In this document: in pieces, positions 1 to 7,640 of the stretch
Numbering within the stretch: position 1 is the first letter of the stretch
Layout: every line of letters starts with the position of its first letter
Virus record (IMG/VR): IMGVR_UViG_3300037478_000191
Coordinates: 1 to 52,787 of that record
Reading direction: 5' to 3' (one strand)
From: a virus
Lineage: Duplodnaviria; Caudoviricetes
Length of the DNA stretch: 52,787 nucleotides
Notes under the pieces: generated by a model
Told to the model about the DNA's origin: nothing
The model's database searches: none
The model's input: the letters and a program-made list of their open reading frames with translations, nothing else
Program-made: the position numbers and the translations under genes

Positions 1-123
1 ATGAGCGAGACTCTAGCAGGATACCTTGGCTGGGCGATCTTCATTTTCATGGCTGCGTTTTGGCTCGTTATCGAGATCACCTACCGACGCTGGCGAGCCA
101 AGCTCAAGGAGCTTAACCGATGA
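1..123 (+). CDS. Small membrane protein (40 aa)
   Basis: Read by hand: MSETLAGYLGWAIFIFMAAFWLVIEITYRRW...; one hydrophobic helix; ATGA overlap with the next ORF. Confidence 0.45.
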   Translation: MSETLAGYLGWAIFIFMAAFWLVIEITYRRWRAKLKELNR

Positions 124-296
124 GTGAGTTTCTAGCCTACTGGCTCCAACGTTCAATGCTCGAACTTATCGCAACTAAAGCCGATCTTGTCATGACGCAA
201 AAGAAACTGATCGACGTCCATTTCAAACTGATCGCAGTGCAGCAGAAATTGTTGTGCGAGCTTCGCCGCGCTTCTCTCAAGGATAATGAGGAATGA
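120..296 (+). CDS. Hypothetical protein (58 aa)
   Basis: Read by hand; ATGA-coupled on both sides. Confidence 0.45.
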   Translation: MSEFLAYWLQRSMLELIATKADLVMTQKKLIDVHFKLIAVQQKLLCELRRASLKDNEE

Positions 297-475
297 GCTA
301 CGAATCCGTAGAGCCAACAGGCGAGCGAGACCCGATCACGCAGCAGATGCGCGACATGCAGGCGAAACGCCTCCGTGAACTTCGCGCCAGCACCGATCCG
401 AGATCAAAGCTTGTGCAATCCGCTTATGTCAAGGCTCAGAGTGAACTGCGTCAAGCTTCTCGCTCCGCCCGTTAG
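293..475 (+). CDS. Hypothetical protein
   Basis: ORF coupled by ATGA overlap to the upstream ORF. Confidence 0.5.
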   Translation: MSYESVEPTGERDPITQQMRDMQAKRLRELRASTDPRSKLVQSAYVKAQSELRQASRSAR

Positions 476-526
476 ATAACAGATGAAACGCTAAAGAGAT
501 TTGGAAAACAATCAGAATTTTTCACA

Positions 527-826
527 ATGGCAAAAGTAGGAGGTAAGCGCGAGGGTGCCGGCCGCAAGAAAGGTATCCCGAACAAGGCGACGTTCGAAAT
601 CAGGACAGCCGCGCAGAAATACACAGGCAAGGCCGTTGAGACTATCTACGATCTTATGCTGAATGGCGAGAGCGAGCAAGTCCGACTTGCAGCGGCCAAG
701 GAATTGATCGACCGTGGGCATGGCAAGTCGCCGCAATCTGTAGAACATACCGGAGAGGGCGGCACTGGACCGATCCGTCACAAGATCGAAGTCGAGTTTG
801 TGAGCACAAAGAAAGACAGCAAGTGA
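527..826 (+). CDS. Terminase small subunit (putative)
   Basis: GGKREGAGRKKG.PNK N-terminus, 'RLAAAKELIDRG.GK..Q.VEHTG' motif; lies upstream of TerL. Confidence 0.75.
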   Translation: MAKVGGKREGAGRKKGIPNKATFEIRTAAQKYTGKAVETIYDLMLNGESEQVRLAAAKELIDRGHGKSPQSVEHTGEGGTGPIRHKIEVEFVSTKKDSK

Positions 827-1476
827 GCGCCTTAATCGATATCAGCGGCAACAAGTACGGTCGCCTTACCGTCATTGAAAAATCGGGGAGCCGTAAGGTC
901 AAGGGCGGGACGAGGGTAACATGGCGCTGCCTTTGCGAATGCGGGAAAGAGATCGAGACAGATGGCCACAGCTTAAAGAGTGGTCACTCCAGATCGTGCG
1001 GCTGTTTGCTCTCTGATGTGACAATCGCAAGAAGCAGAACGCATGGCCTCTCTCGGAAGCATCCAATCGAGTACCGCGTGTGGAAAAACGTTCGGGCGAG
1101 GTGCAATACACCAACTGACAGCGACTATCATTTATACGGTGGCCGAGGGATTTCAGTTTGTGATCGCTGGGAAAGCTTCGCCAATTTCTATGCCGATATG
1201 GGGGCACGCCCCTCACAAAAGCATTCGATAGATCGTCGTGACACAAACGGTAATTACGAACCCGACAACTGCCGATGGGCCACGACGAAAGAGCAAGCGC
1301 AGAACACGCGCGCATGCCGCCACATAACGATTGATGGTGAAACGAAGGTTCTGAATGAGTGGGCGAGGGTACACAAGATCGATCGATCTAAGGTTTGGTA
1401 TCGCCTCAAGGTTGGGTGGTCTGTAAAGCAGGCGTTTGGAATTGAGCCGCATGAACGTGCGCGCGCAACTGCCTGA
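823..1476 (+). CDS. HNH homing-endonuclease-like protein
   Basis: GRLTVI..WRCLCECG..SCGC, YGGRGISVCDRW, SIDRRDTNGNYEPDNCRWAT..EQ..N motifs. Confidence 0.9.
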   Translation: MSALIDISGNKYGRLTVIEKSGSRKVKGGTRVTWRCLCECGKEIETDGHSLKSGHSRSCGCLLSDVTIARSRTHGLSRKHPIEYRVWKNVRARCNTPTDSDYHLYGGRGISVCDRWESFANFYADMGARPSQKHSIDRRDTNGNYEPDNCRWATTKEQAQNTRACRHITIDGETKVLNEWARVHKIDRSKVWYRLKVGWSVKQAFGIEPHERARATA

Positions 1477-3223
1477 TCCGTTCCGCTGCTTATTCGAGCC
1501 TGCCAGATATATTGTTTTCCACGGTGGCAGAGGCGGGGCGAAGTCGCACAGCATTGCCACTGCCCTATTAATCAGGGCAGCACAGCAACGCTTAAGAGTA
1601 CTGTGCTGCCGTGAGACACAACGATCAATTCGGGATTCCGTAAAGCGTCTTCTGGACGACAAAATCGTAGCCTGCGGCCTGACGGACTTCTACGATAGCA
1701 TCGAGACTGAGATCCGCGGAGCCAATGGCTCGCTCTTCGTGTTCGCTGGTCTCAGGACCGATCCAAACACGATCCGATCGCTTGAAGGCATCGATATTGC
1801 GTGGGTCGAAGAGGCCCACAGCGTTAGCCAGACATCGCTGAACATCCTGATCCCGACGATCCGCAAGCCGGATTCGCAGATCATTTTTTCGTTCAATCCT
1901 CGGGACAAGAAAGACCCCGTGGACGCCATGTTCAGAAGCGGCACGCCTCCGCCGAATGCTATAGTCAGGCAGGTGAACTGGGACGATAATCCGTGGTTCC
2001 CCGACGTGCTGCAGGCGGAGCTTGAATGGGACCGCGATCGCGACCCTGACAAATACGCCCATGTCTGGGGCGGCGGTTATGTGGTTCACTCAGAATCCCG
2101 CGTCTTCAAGAACTGGAAGATCGGCGAAGAGGAGATACCAGCGGATGCGAGGCCATATTACGGTGCTGACTGGGGCTTTGCAACAGACCCAGCCGTTCTT
2201 GTCCGCTCATGGCTCATTGGTCCGAAACATCTCTACATTGACGCCGAGGCCTACAAGGTAGGCTGCGAAATTGACGAGACACCGGAACTGTTCGACCAGA
2301 TCGATGACGGTCATGCACGCAAATGGCCGATCAAGGCAGACTCCGCGCGCCCTGAAACGATATCGTACATGCAGCGTCATGGGTATCCGCATATCGTGGC
2401 GGCAACCAAGGGGCCAGGATCGGTCGAAGATGGCGTTGAGTTTCTGAAAAGCTATGACATCACAGTGCACCCGCGATGCAAGCATGTCATCGACGAGCTT
2501 ACCTATTACTCGTACAAGGTCGATAGGCTTACAGGCGATGTTCTGCCGGTTCTTGAGGACAAAAAGAACCACACCATTGATGCGTGCAGGTATAGCACGG
2601 AGGGTATCCGCATGTCCCTCGTAGGCGACCAGCCGGAGCAGGATTTCCTGTTTGATCCAGCAAAAGTCCAGGTGCTCACCGAATGGCCGCAGGTCTATGC
2701 TTTGGACATTGACGGCGGCACGGCCTCGATAGTCTGGGGCGCTCACGATGTCCACAGCGACACGGTATATCTATACAAGGAATATGTTGAGGACAAGGCG
2801 AGATTAGAGACATGGGCGGCCGGAATTCGCAAGCGCGGCCGCAATATTCCGGGTATATTCGACATGACGGCTCGGCGGCGGACCGAAGAGCAGGGCGAAC
2901 GGATAGTTGAAAGCCTGCTTGACCAGAGCCTTGATATCTACACGAGCGAGGCTGATGTTGAAAGCGCAGCTTCGGAGATCAACGGAAGAATTGCGACGCA
3001 ACAGCTTAAAGTCGCCTCGAATCTCACGAACTGGCTCACACAGTACCGCGCCTATCGCCGTGACGCCAAGGGTGATATTGTCGAGGAACGCAACGGCCTG
3101 ATGCATGCGACGGGTTTGCTGCTGATCTCGGGATTGAGCGTCTCCCACGTTGATGAGCGCGTTGCTGACGATGCAATGGCAGACTGGGGAGATCAGTCGC
3201 GTAATCCGGTGACGGGGTATTGA
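1451..3223 (+). CDS. Terminase large subunit (PBSX family) with an extra C-terminal degenerate nuclease domain
   Basis: Walker A GGRGGAKS, Walker B AWVEEA, FSFNP, nuclease GADWGF..DP / ADSARPE / NHTIDACRY; ATG 1451 preferred over TTG 1436. Confidence 0.95.
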   Translation: MNVRAQLPDPFRCLFEPARYIVFHGGRGGAKSHSIATALLIRAAQQRLRVLCCRETQRSIRDSVKRLLDDKIVACGLTDFYDSIETEIRGANGSLFVFAGLRTDPNTIRSLEGIDIAWVEEAHSVSQTSLNILIPTIRKPDSQIIFSFNPRDKKDPVDAMFRSGTPPPNAIVRQVNWDDNPWFPDVLQAELEWDRDRDPDKYAHVWGGGYVVHSESRVFKNWKIGEEEIPADARPYYGADWGFATDPAVLVRSWLIGPKHLYIDAEAYKVGCEIDETPELFDQIDDGHARKWPIKADSARPETISYMQRHGYPHIVAATKGPGSVEDGVEFLKSYDITVHPRCKHVIDELTYYSYKVDRLTGDVLPVLEDKKNHTIDACRYSTEGIRMSLVGDQPEQDFLFDPAKVQVLTEWPQVYALDIDGGTASIVWGAHDVHSDTVYLYKEYVEDKARLETWAAGIRKRGRNIPGIFDMTARRRTEEQGERIVESLLDQSLDIYTSEADVESAASEINGRIATQQLKVASNLTNWLTQYRAYRRDAKGDIVEERNGLMHATGLLLISGLSVSHVDERVADDAMADWGDQSRNPVTGY

Positions 3224-3229
3224 ATTCGC

Positions 3230-3293
3230 TTGTAACGTTACGCAAATCGCTGTAGCGTTACAACAATGAGCAAACCGGACGATGTAGCGTTAC
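3230..3293 (+). promoter_or_regulatory. Sigma70-like promoter with three GTARCGTTAC palindromic operators
   Basis: TTGTAA (3230)-N17-TAGCGT (3253); GTAACGTTAC 3232-3241, GTAGCGTTAC 3252-3261 and 3284-3293. Confidence 0.6.
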
Positions 3294-3469
3294 AGAAGGA
3301 TTTAGCGTTTCTCAGGCGCAACCAGCCGCGCAATGAAGTCACGATGCGAGTTTGCGATGCGGTCGATGATCTTCTCCGGCAGATGCGCAACGCCAGCGAT
3401 TGCGCTGAATGCGTCCGGCGGAAACGGCAAACGCGAGATCGAGTAAAAAGGTATCGGGAAAAGTCATGA
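3266..3469 (+). CDS. Small basic-helix DNA-binding protein (putative)
   Basis: CxxC followed by RRKRQTRDRVKRYREK basic helix. Confidence 0.6.
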   Translation: MSKPDDVALQKDLAFLRRNQPRNEVTMRVCDAVDDLLRQMRNASDCAECVRRKRQTRDRVKRYREKS

Positions 3470-3717
3470 GCGTCACCACCAAGGCAGTCCACATCAGATC
3501 ACTCTGGCCTTGGGTGCTGGAAAATCCGGACTGCTTCGTCTCCGATGATTATTCAATAATTGAATATCCGGACGTTGGATACATCATCACGGGTGACGGT
3601 GATATCGTCAGGCCCGATGGGACGCCGTTCGATCCGGATGACGTTGTAACGATTAGCAACGAGCATCTTTCGATAGCCAAGTCGCGCAAGAAGCGCGCAG
3701 CCGAGCGGGGTGAGTGA
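3466..3717 (+). CDS. Hypothetical protein
   Basis: ATGA-coupled start at 3466 (MSVTTKAV...). Confidence 0.6.
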   Translation: MSVTTKAVHIRSLWPWVLENPDCFVSDDYSIIEYPDVGYIITGDGDIVRPDGTPFDPDDVVTISNEHLSIAKSRKKRAAERGE

Positions 3718-3917
3718 TGGCAGAGCGCAGAGTGCAAGGTGACGACGATCTGCCTCTAACGGGCATGCTGTCCCGATCAGATTTAGCAACGCTCAATTTC
3801 GTCGAGCTTGAACATTATCTTCGCAGCCTTGATGAATACCGCGAGATCGTCAATGCCGAGTACATCTCGAAGCTTCCGCAGGGCGGCTGCAGGCTGAAAG
3901 CGCATAGGGGTAAGTGA
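3714..3917 (+). CDS. Hypothetical protein
   Basis: Coupled ORF in small-gene block. Confidence 0.55.
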   Translation: MMAERRVQGDDDLPLTGMLSRSDLATLNFVELEHYLRSLDEYREIVNAEYISKLPQGGCRLKAHRGK

Positions 3918-4111
3918 TGAACGAAGCCACAAAAGCCATTCTTGAAATGGGCGACCAATCGAGGGAAATCGAAGCTCTCATGGTTGCGTTGGCCAAAGCC
4001 ACCGATGATCAAGGCCGCCGGATGCCGATTGAAATCAGTGATCTGATCCTGCTCGTTCCCGAGATCGCCAAGCTTGTTTCTGAGCGCCGCGCCATGAGCG
4101 CACAAGACTAG
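3914..4111 (+). CDS. Hypothetical protein
   Basis: Coupled ORF in small-gene block. Confidence 0.55.
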   Translation: MMNEATKAILEMGDQSREIEALMVALAKATDDQGRRMPIEISDLILLVPEIAKLVSERRAMSAQD

Positions 4112-4119
4112 GAATAGTC

Positions 4120-4425
4120 ATGAACGAATCCGAACGTTCTAAATATTGGCAGCATCTTGCCGATCAGATATGGGAAGCCATTCAGCGCCCGTCGCCTGCT
4201 GTGACGCGAGACGAGATCGCGCTTCTGTCTGAAAAGGCGTTTCGGGCATTTTATTGCGAACTGTATCTGCGGGTCAATGCGGATGGGTATGTTCCTCCGA
4301 AATACGGCAAGAGCTTCGCTGATGTCACCCTGAGCGAAGCCACCATTGCTGATTCTATCGAATTTTTAGTGCAAACCTCGCTTGATCCCGAGCCGTCTCA
4401 GGATGTCACTGGAAGTGGCGATTGA
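4120..4425 (+). CDS. Hypothetical protein
   Basis: ORF with AGGA RBS. Confidence 0.55.
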   Translation: MNESERSKYWQHLADQIWEAIQRPSPAVTRDEIALLSEKAFRAFYCELYLRVNADGYVPPKYGKSFADVTLSEATIADSIEFLVQTSLDPEPSQDVTGSGD

Positions 4426-4588
4426 GGCGTCAGCCTTGGCTGAAAAGTTCGGTCTTGGCTACGACCCGGAAACACAAACGCTCCACCGCCTGACCTGATC
4501 CACGTTAAATCAACAAGCCCCCCACTCCCATCACCCAAATCCGGGCGAAGGGCGTTTCCTGCTGTGCCTAAAATCAAAGGACGCATCA

Positions 4589-4834
4589 ATGAACTTAGCA
4601 CTGCCGATCAACAAGCAGGCGACGAAGATCATCCGCGCCTCTCGTTGCGAAACCTGCAAATACGCCGAACGCGAGCAAGGTGTTCAGTCCGTCTATAGCT
4701 GCCACAAGAACCCGCCGGGCGTCTCGATCCTGCCGACGAAGGCCGGGCCGATGCCTTTCGCCGCTTTTCCGCTGGTTGAGCCTGAGCACTGGTGCGGTGC
4801 GCATAAGATGAAATTGAACGGAGGCGGCGAATGA
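4589..4834 (+). CDS. Small Cys-rich metal-binding phage protein
   Basis: CETCKY...CHKNPP...FPLV...WCGAH pattern; AAAGGA RBS. Confidence 0.65.
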   Translation: MNLALPINKQATKIIRASRCETCKYAEREQGVQSVYSCHKNPPGVSILPTKAGPMPFAAFPLVEPEHWCGAHKMKLNGGGE

Positions 4835-5106
4835 ACGAGTTTGTCAGACCCAGCGCATTGCAGAAAGTTCGCGTTCAAGCCGACATATCGACAGCCGCCA
4901 TTGAGGACGTTGCATGCGAAATGGGCATCGATACAGCCGATCTGGTTGTCTACTGCTCACGCATCAATGCTGTATACGCGATGCGTGTCGCTCGCGAACT
5001 TGGCTGTGCGGTCGTCTTGGTTCCAAGTGAAATCATGAATGATGACTGCTGGGCCGCGCATCATAAAGACCGCCACGAATTCGGCATGTGGTCCGAAGGC
5101 GCATAG
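4831..5106 (+). CDS. Hypothetical protein
   Basis: ATGA-coupled, GGAGG RBS. Confidence 0.6.
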   Translation: MNEFVRPSALQKVRVQADISTAAIEDVACEMGIDTADLVVYCSRINAVYAMRVARELGCAVVLVPSEIMNDDCWAAHHKDRHEFGMWSEGA

Positions 5107-5121
5107 AAGGATTTCCCCGAC

Positions 5122-5289
5122 ATGGAAAAGATGACTGAAACCGCGATAAATCTCCGCAAGCAGATTGCGATGGGCATGCACGAAGGAATGTATAAGGACG
5201 GCGGCAAGATGGAAGCCAAATCCGGCAAGAAGAAGCCGAAGAAGGCCAAGCCTCCGATGGGCAAGAAGTCAGGCAGGCGCGGCTACTGA
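5122..5289 (+). CDS. Lys/Met-rich microprotein (55 aa; not in ORF track)
   Basis: MEKMTETAINLRKQIAMGMHEGMYKDGGKMEAKSGKKKPKKAKPPMGKKSGRRGY; AGAAGGA RBS; TGA overlaps the portal ATG. Confidence 0.65.
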   Translation: MEKMTETAINLRKQIAMGMHEGMYKDGGKMEAKSGKKKPKKAKPPMGKKSGRRGY

Positions 5290-7640
5290 TGGCATTTCTT
5301 GACGCTGCCATGACCGGCGCGGCAGGTCAACCCGCGCCGCCGGCGAACGGCCAGCTATTCGACGAGATACTCGCGCTTGAAGGGGGCGAGGACATTCCGG
5401 CCGAACAGGAAGAACGCCCCTTCGAACAGCTCGTCAACTGGATAAAGTCGAAGAACATCGCGGAAGAATTCGACGATACCGAGCTGCAGAAGATCGGCCG
5501 TCAGGTTATCCGCGAGTTCGACATCGATGACCAGAGCCGTTCCGAGTGGATGGAGGAAAACCGCGAAGCCTTCAAGCTCGCGATGCAGGTGGCGGAAGAA
5601 AAGACCCATCCGTGGCCGCGCGCGAGTAACGTGATCTTTCCGCTGATGACGGTTGCCGCGGTGCAGTTTGCCGCCAGAGCTTATCCTGCTATCGTTGCCG
5701 GGCGCAACGTCGTCAAGGGTGTCGTCATCGGCTCTGATGAAGGCACGCCGCAGATCGGTCCTGACGGCACACCGGTTGTCCAGATGCCCCAGGGTCAGTC
5801 CCAAGGGGCGATGCAGGGTCAGATGGGGCAAGGCCAGCCGCCGATGCCACAGGGCCAGCCGGGAGAAGCTGAGCAACCCCAGCAACTGCCTCAGCCCGTA
5901 TGGCAGACCCCGCCCGGTGCAAAACGCCAGCGCGCCGACAAGATCGCGTCCCACATGTCGCACCAGCTCCTTGACGAGATGGACGACTGGGAAGAGGACA
6001 CCGACAAGCTCCTGCATATCCTGCCGATCGCCGGGTGCTGCTTCCGCAAGACCTATTTTGATCCTGGTACGGGCCAGAACATTTCCGATCTGGCGATGGC
6101 GGAAAACGTTGTCATCAATTACTGGGCCAAGTCGATGACCCGCGCCGCGCGGATCTCCGAACGCGTCTGGTTTTATCCCCATGAGATCGAAGAGAACGAG
6201 CGCTCCGGCATCTGGCTGGAAAATGAATATCGCCATGCCGTCGAATCCGGCGATGATGAAGAGAGCCGGATTTCATCAGAGGACGACGACGCCCCGCATG
6301 AATTCATCGAGCAGCACCGCAGGCTTGATCTCGATGATGACGGCTATGCGGAACCCTATATCGTCACGGTTCACCGCGCAACATCCAAGGTGGTGCGGAT
6401 CGTCGCCCGCTATGATCCGGACGGCGTGAAGATCCGCGGCGACAAGATCGCACGCATCGAAGCCGTCGAGTATTATACCAAATACGATTTCATGCCGAAC
6501 CCTGAAGGCGGGATTTACGGCATCGGCCTCGGCAAGCTGCTGTCACCGCTCAATCATTCCGTCAATACGATCATCAACCAGTTGATCGATGCCGGCACGC
6601 TGGCGAACACGCCGTCCGGCTTTATCGGGCGCGGACTGTCGATGCATTCCGGCGCGGTCAAGTTCAAGATGGGCCAGTTCACGCCGGTCAATTCGCCCGG
6701 CTCGCGCATTCGCGAAGCGATCGTGCCGTTCGAATTCAAGGAGCCGAGCCAGGTATTGTTCATGCTGCTCGGCCTTGTCATCGATGCGGCGAAAGATGTG
6801 GCGTCGATCAAGGATGTGCTGACCGGCGAGACCGTATCGGCCAACATGTCCCCGACGACGCTGATGGGCATGATCGATCAGGGCTTGCAGGTGTTCGTCG
6901 GGATTTACAAGCGCGTTCACCGCGCGCTGAAGAAGGAACTCGACAAGCTTTACCGCCTCAACCGTGTCTATCTGGAAGACAATGCCGGGTTCGAGAATGG
7001 CGGGATCTGGACGCAGATCACCCGTGAGGATTACGAACACGGCTCCGGCGTCCAGCCGATCTCCGACCCGTCGATGGTCTCCAACCAGCAGAAGCTGGCG
7101 CGCGCCGAACTGTTGCGCAGCTACACCGGAGACCCGGACATCGACCAGATCAAGATCAAGCGCCGGACACTTGAGGCGGCTGATATCGAGGATATCGACG
7201 ATCTGTTCGTGAAGCAGAAGGGGCCGGACCCGGCAATGGTTGCGATGCAGGCGCAGATGGAGTTGGAACAGAAAAAGCTTCAGGTCGCTGAAGCCAAGGA
7301 AATGCGCGAAGCTCAGCAGTTCCAGGTAGAGGAACGGCGCGAGGCTGCGTTGTCGCGGGCCAAGGAAATCGAGACTTACGCCCGCGCCGTGCACTATCTT
7401 GCACAAGCGGACAAGGCAAGTGCAGATCAGGATATCGGCTGGGCGCGCGAGCAGCTCAGTTTCCTGAAGTTGCGCATGGAGGGCCTGAACGGGCGAACGG
7501 CACCGGCAAAGCCAAAGACCCAAGGAAGCAGACAGCCGCCAATGCCGAACGCCCGGCTTGCGCCGGATGGTAATTTCTACGTGCCCGATGAGACGCGGCC
7601 GGGACGGTTCCTGCGCGTGATTGAAGACATGGCTGCCTGA
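5289..7640 (+). CDS. Portal protein with C-terminal barrel and extra tail module
   Basis: 783 aa; PWPRASNV.FP...AAVQFAARAY, LDLDDDGYAEPYIVTV, INQLIDAGTLAN.P.GF motifs of podovirus portals. Confidence 0.9.
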   Translation: MAFLDAAMTGAAGQPAPPANGQLFDEILALEGGEDIPAEQEERPFEQLVNWIKSKNIAEEFDDTELQKIGRQVIREFDIDDQSRSEWMEENREAFKLAMQVAEEKTHPWPRASNVIFPLMTVAAVQFAARAYPAIVAGRNVVKGVVIGSDEGTPQIGPDGTPVVQMPQGQSQGAMQGQMGQGQPPMPQGQPGEAEQPQQLPQPVWQTPPGAKRQRADKIASHMSHQLLDEMDDWEEDTDKLLHILPIAGCCFRKTYFDPGTGQNISDLAMAENVVINYWAKSMTRAARISERVWFYPHEIEENERSGIWLENEYRHAVESGDDEESRISSEDDDAPHEFIEQHRRLDLDDDGYAEPYIVTVHRATSKVVRIVARYDPDGVKIRGDKIARIEAVEYYTKYDFMPNPEGGIYGIGLGKLLSPLNHSVNTIINQLIDAGTLANTPSGFIGRGLSMHSGAVKFKMGQFTPVNSPGSRIREAIVPFEFKEPSQVLFMLLGLVIDAAKDVASIKDVLTGETVSANMSPTTLMGMIDQGLQVFVGIYKRVHRALKKELDKLYRLNRVYLEDNAGFENGGIWTQITREDYEHGSGVQPISDPSMVSNQQKLARAELLRSYTGDPDIDQIKIKRRTLEAADIEDIDDLFVKQKGPDPAMVAMQAQMELEQKKLQVAEAKEMREAQQFQVEERREAALSRAKEIETYARAVHYLAQADKASADQDIGWAREQLSFLKLRMEGLNGRTAPAKPKTQGSRQPPMPNARLAPDGNFYVPDETRPGRFLRVIEDMAA

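Noticed and set aside
2600-3223. Intein or intron explaining the long TerL
   Set aside because: No C/S...HN splice motifs or LAGLIDADG; the extension is terminal and terminase-like
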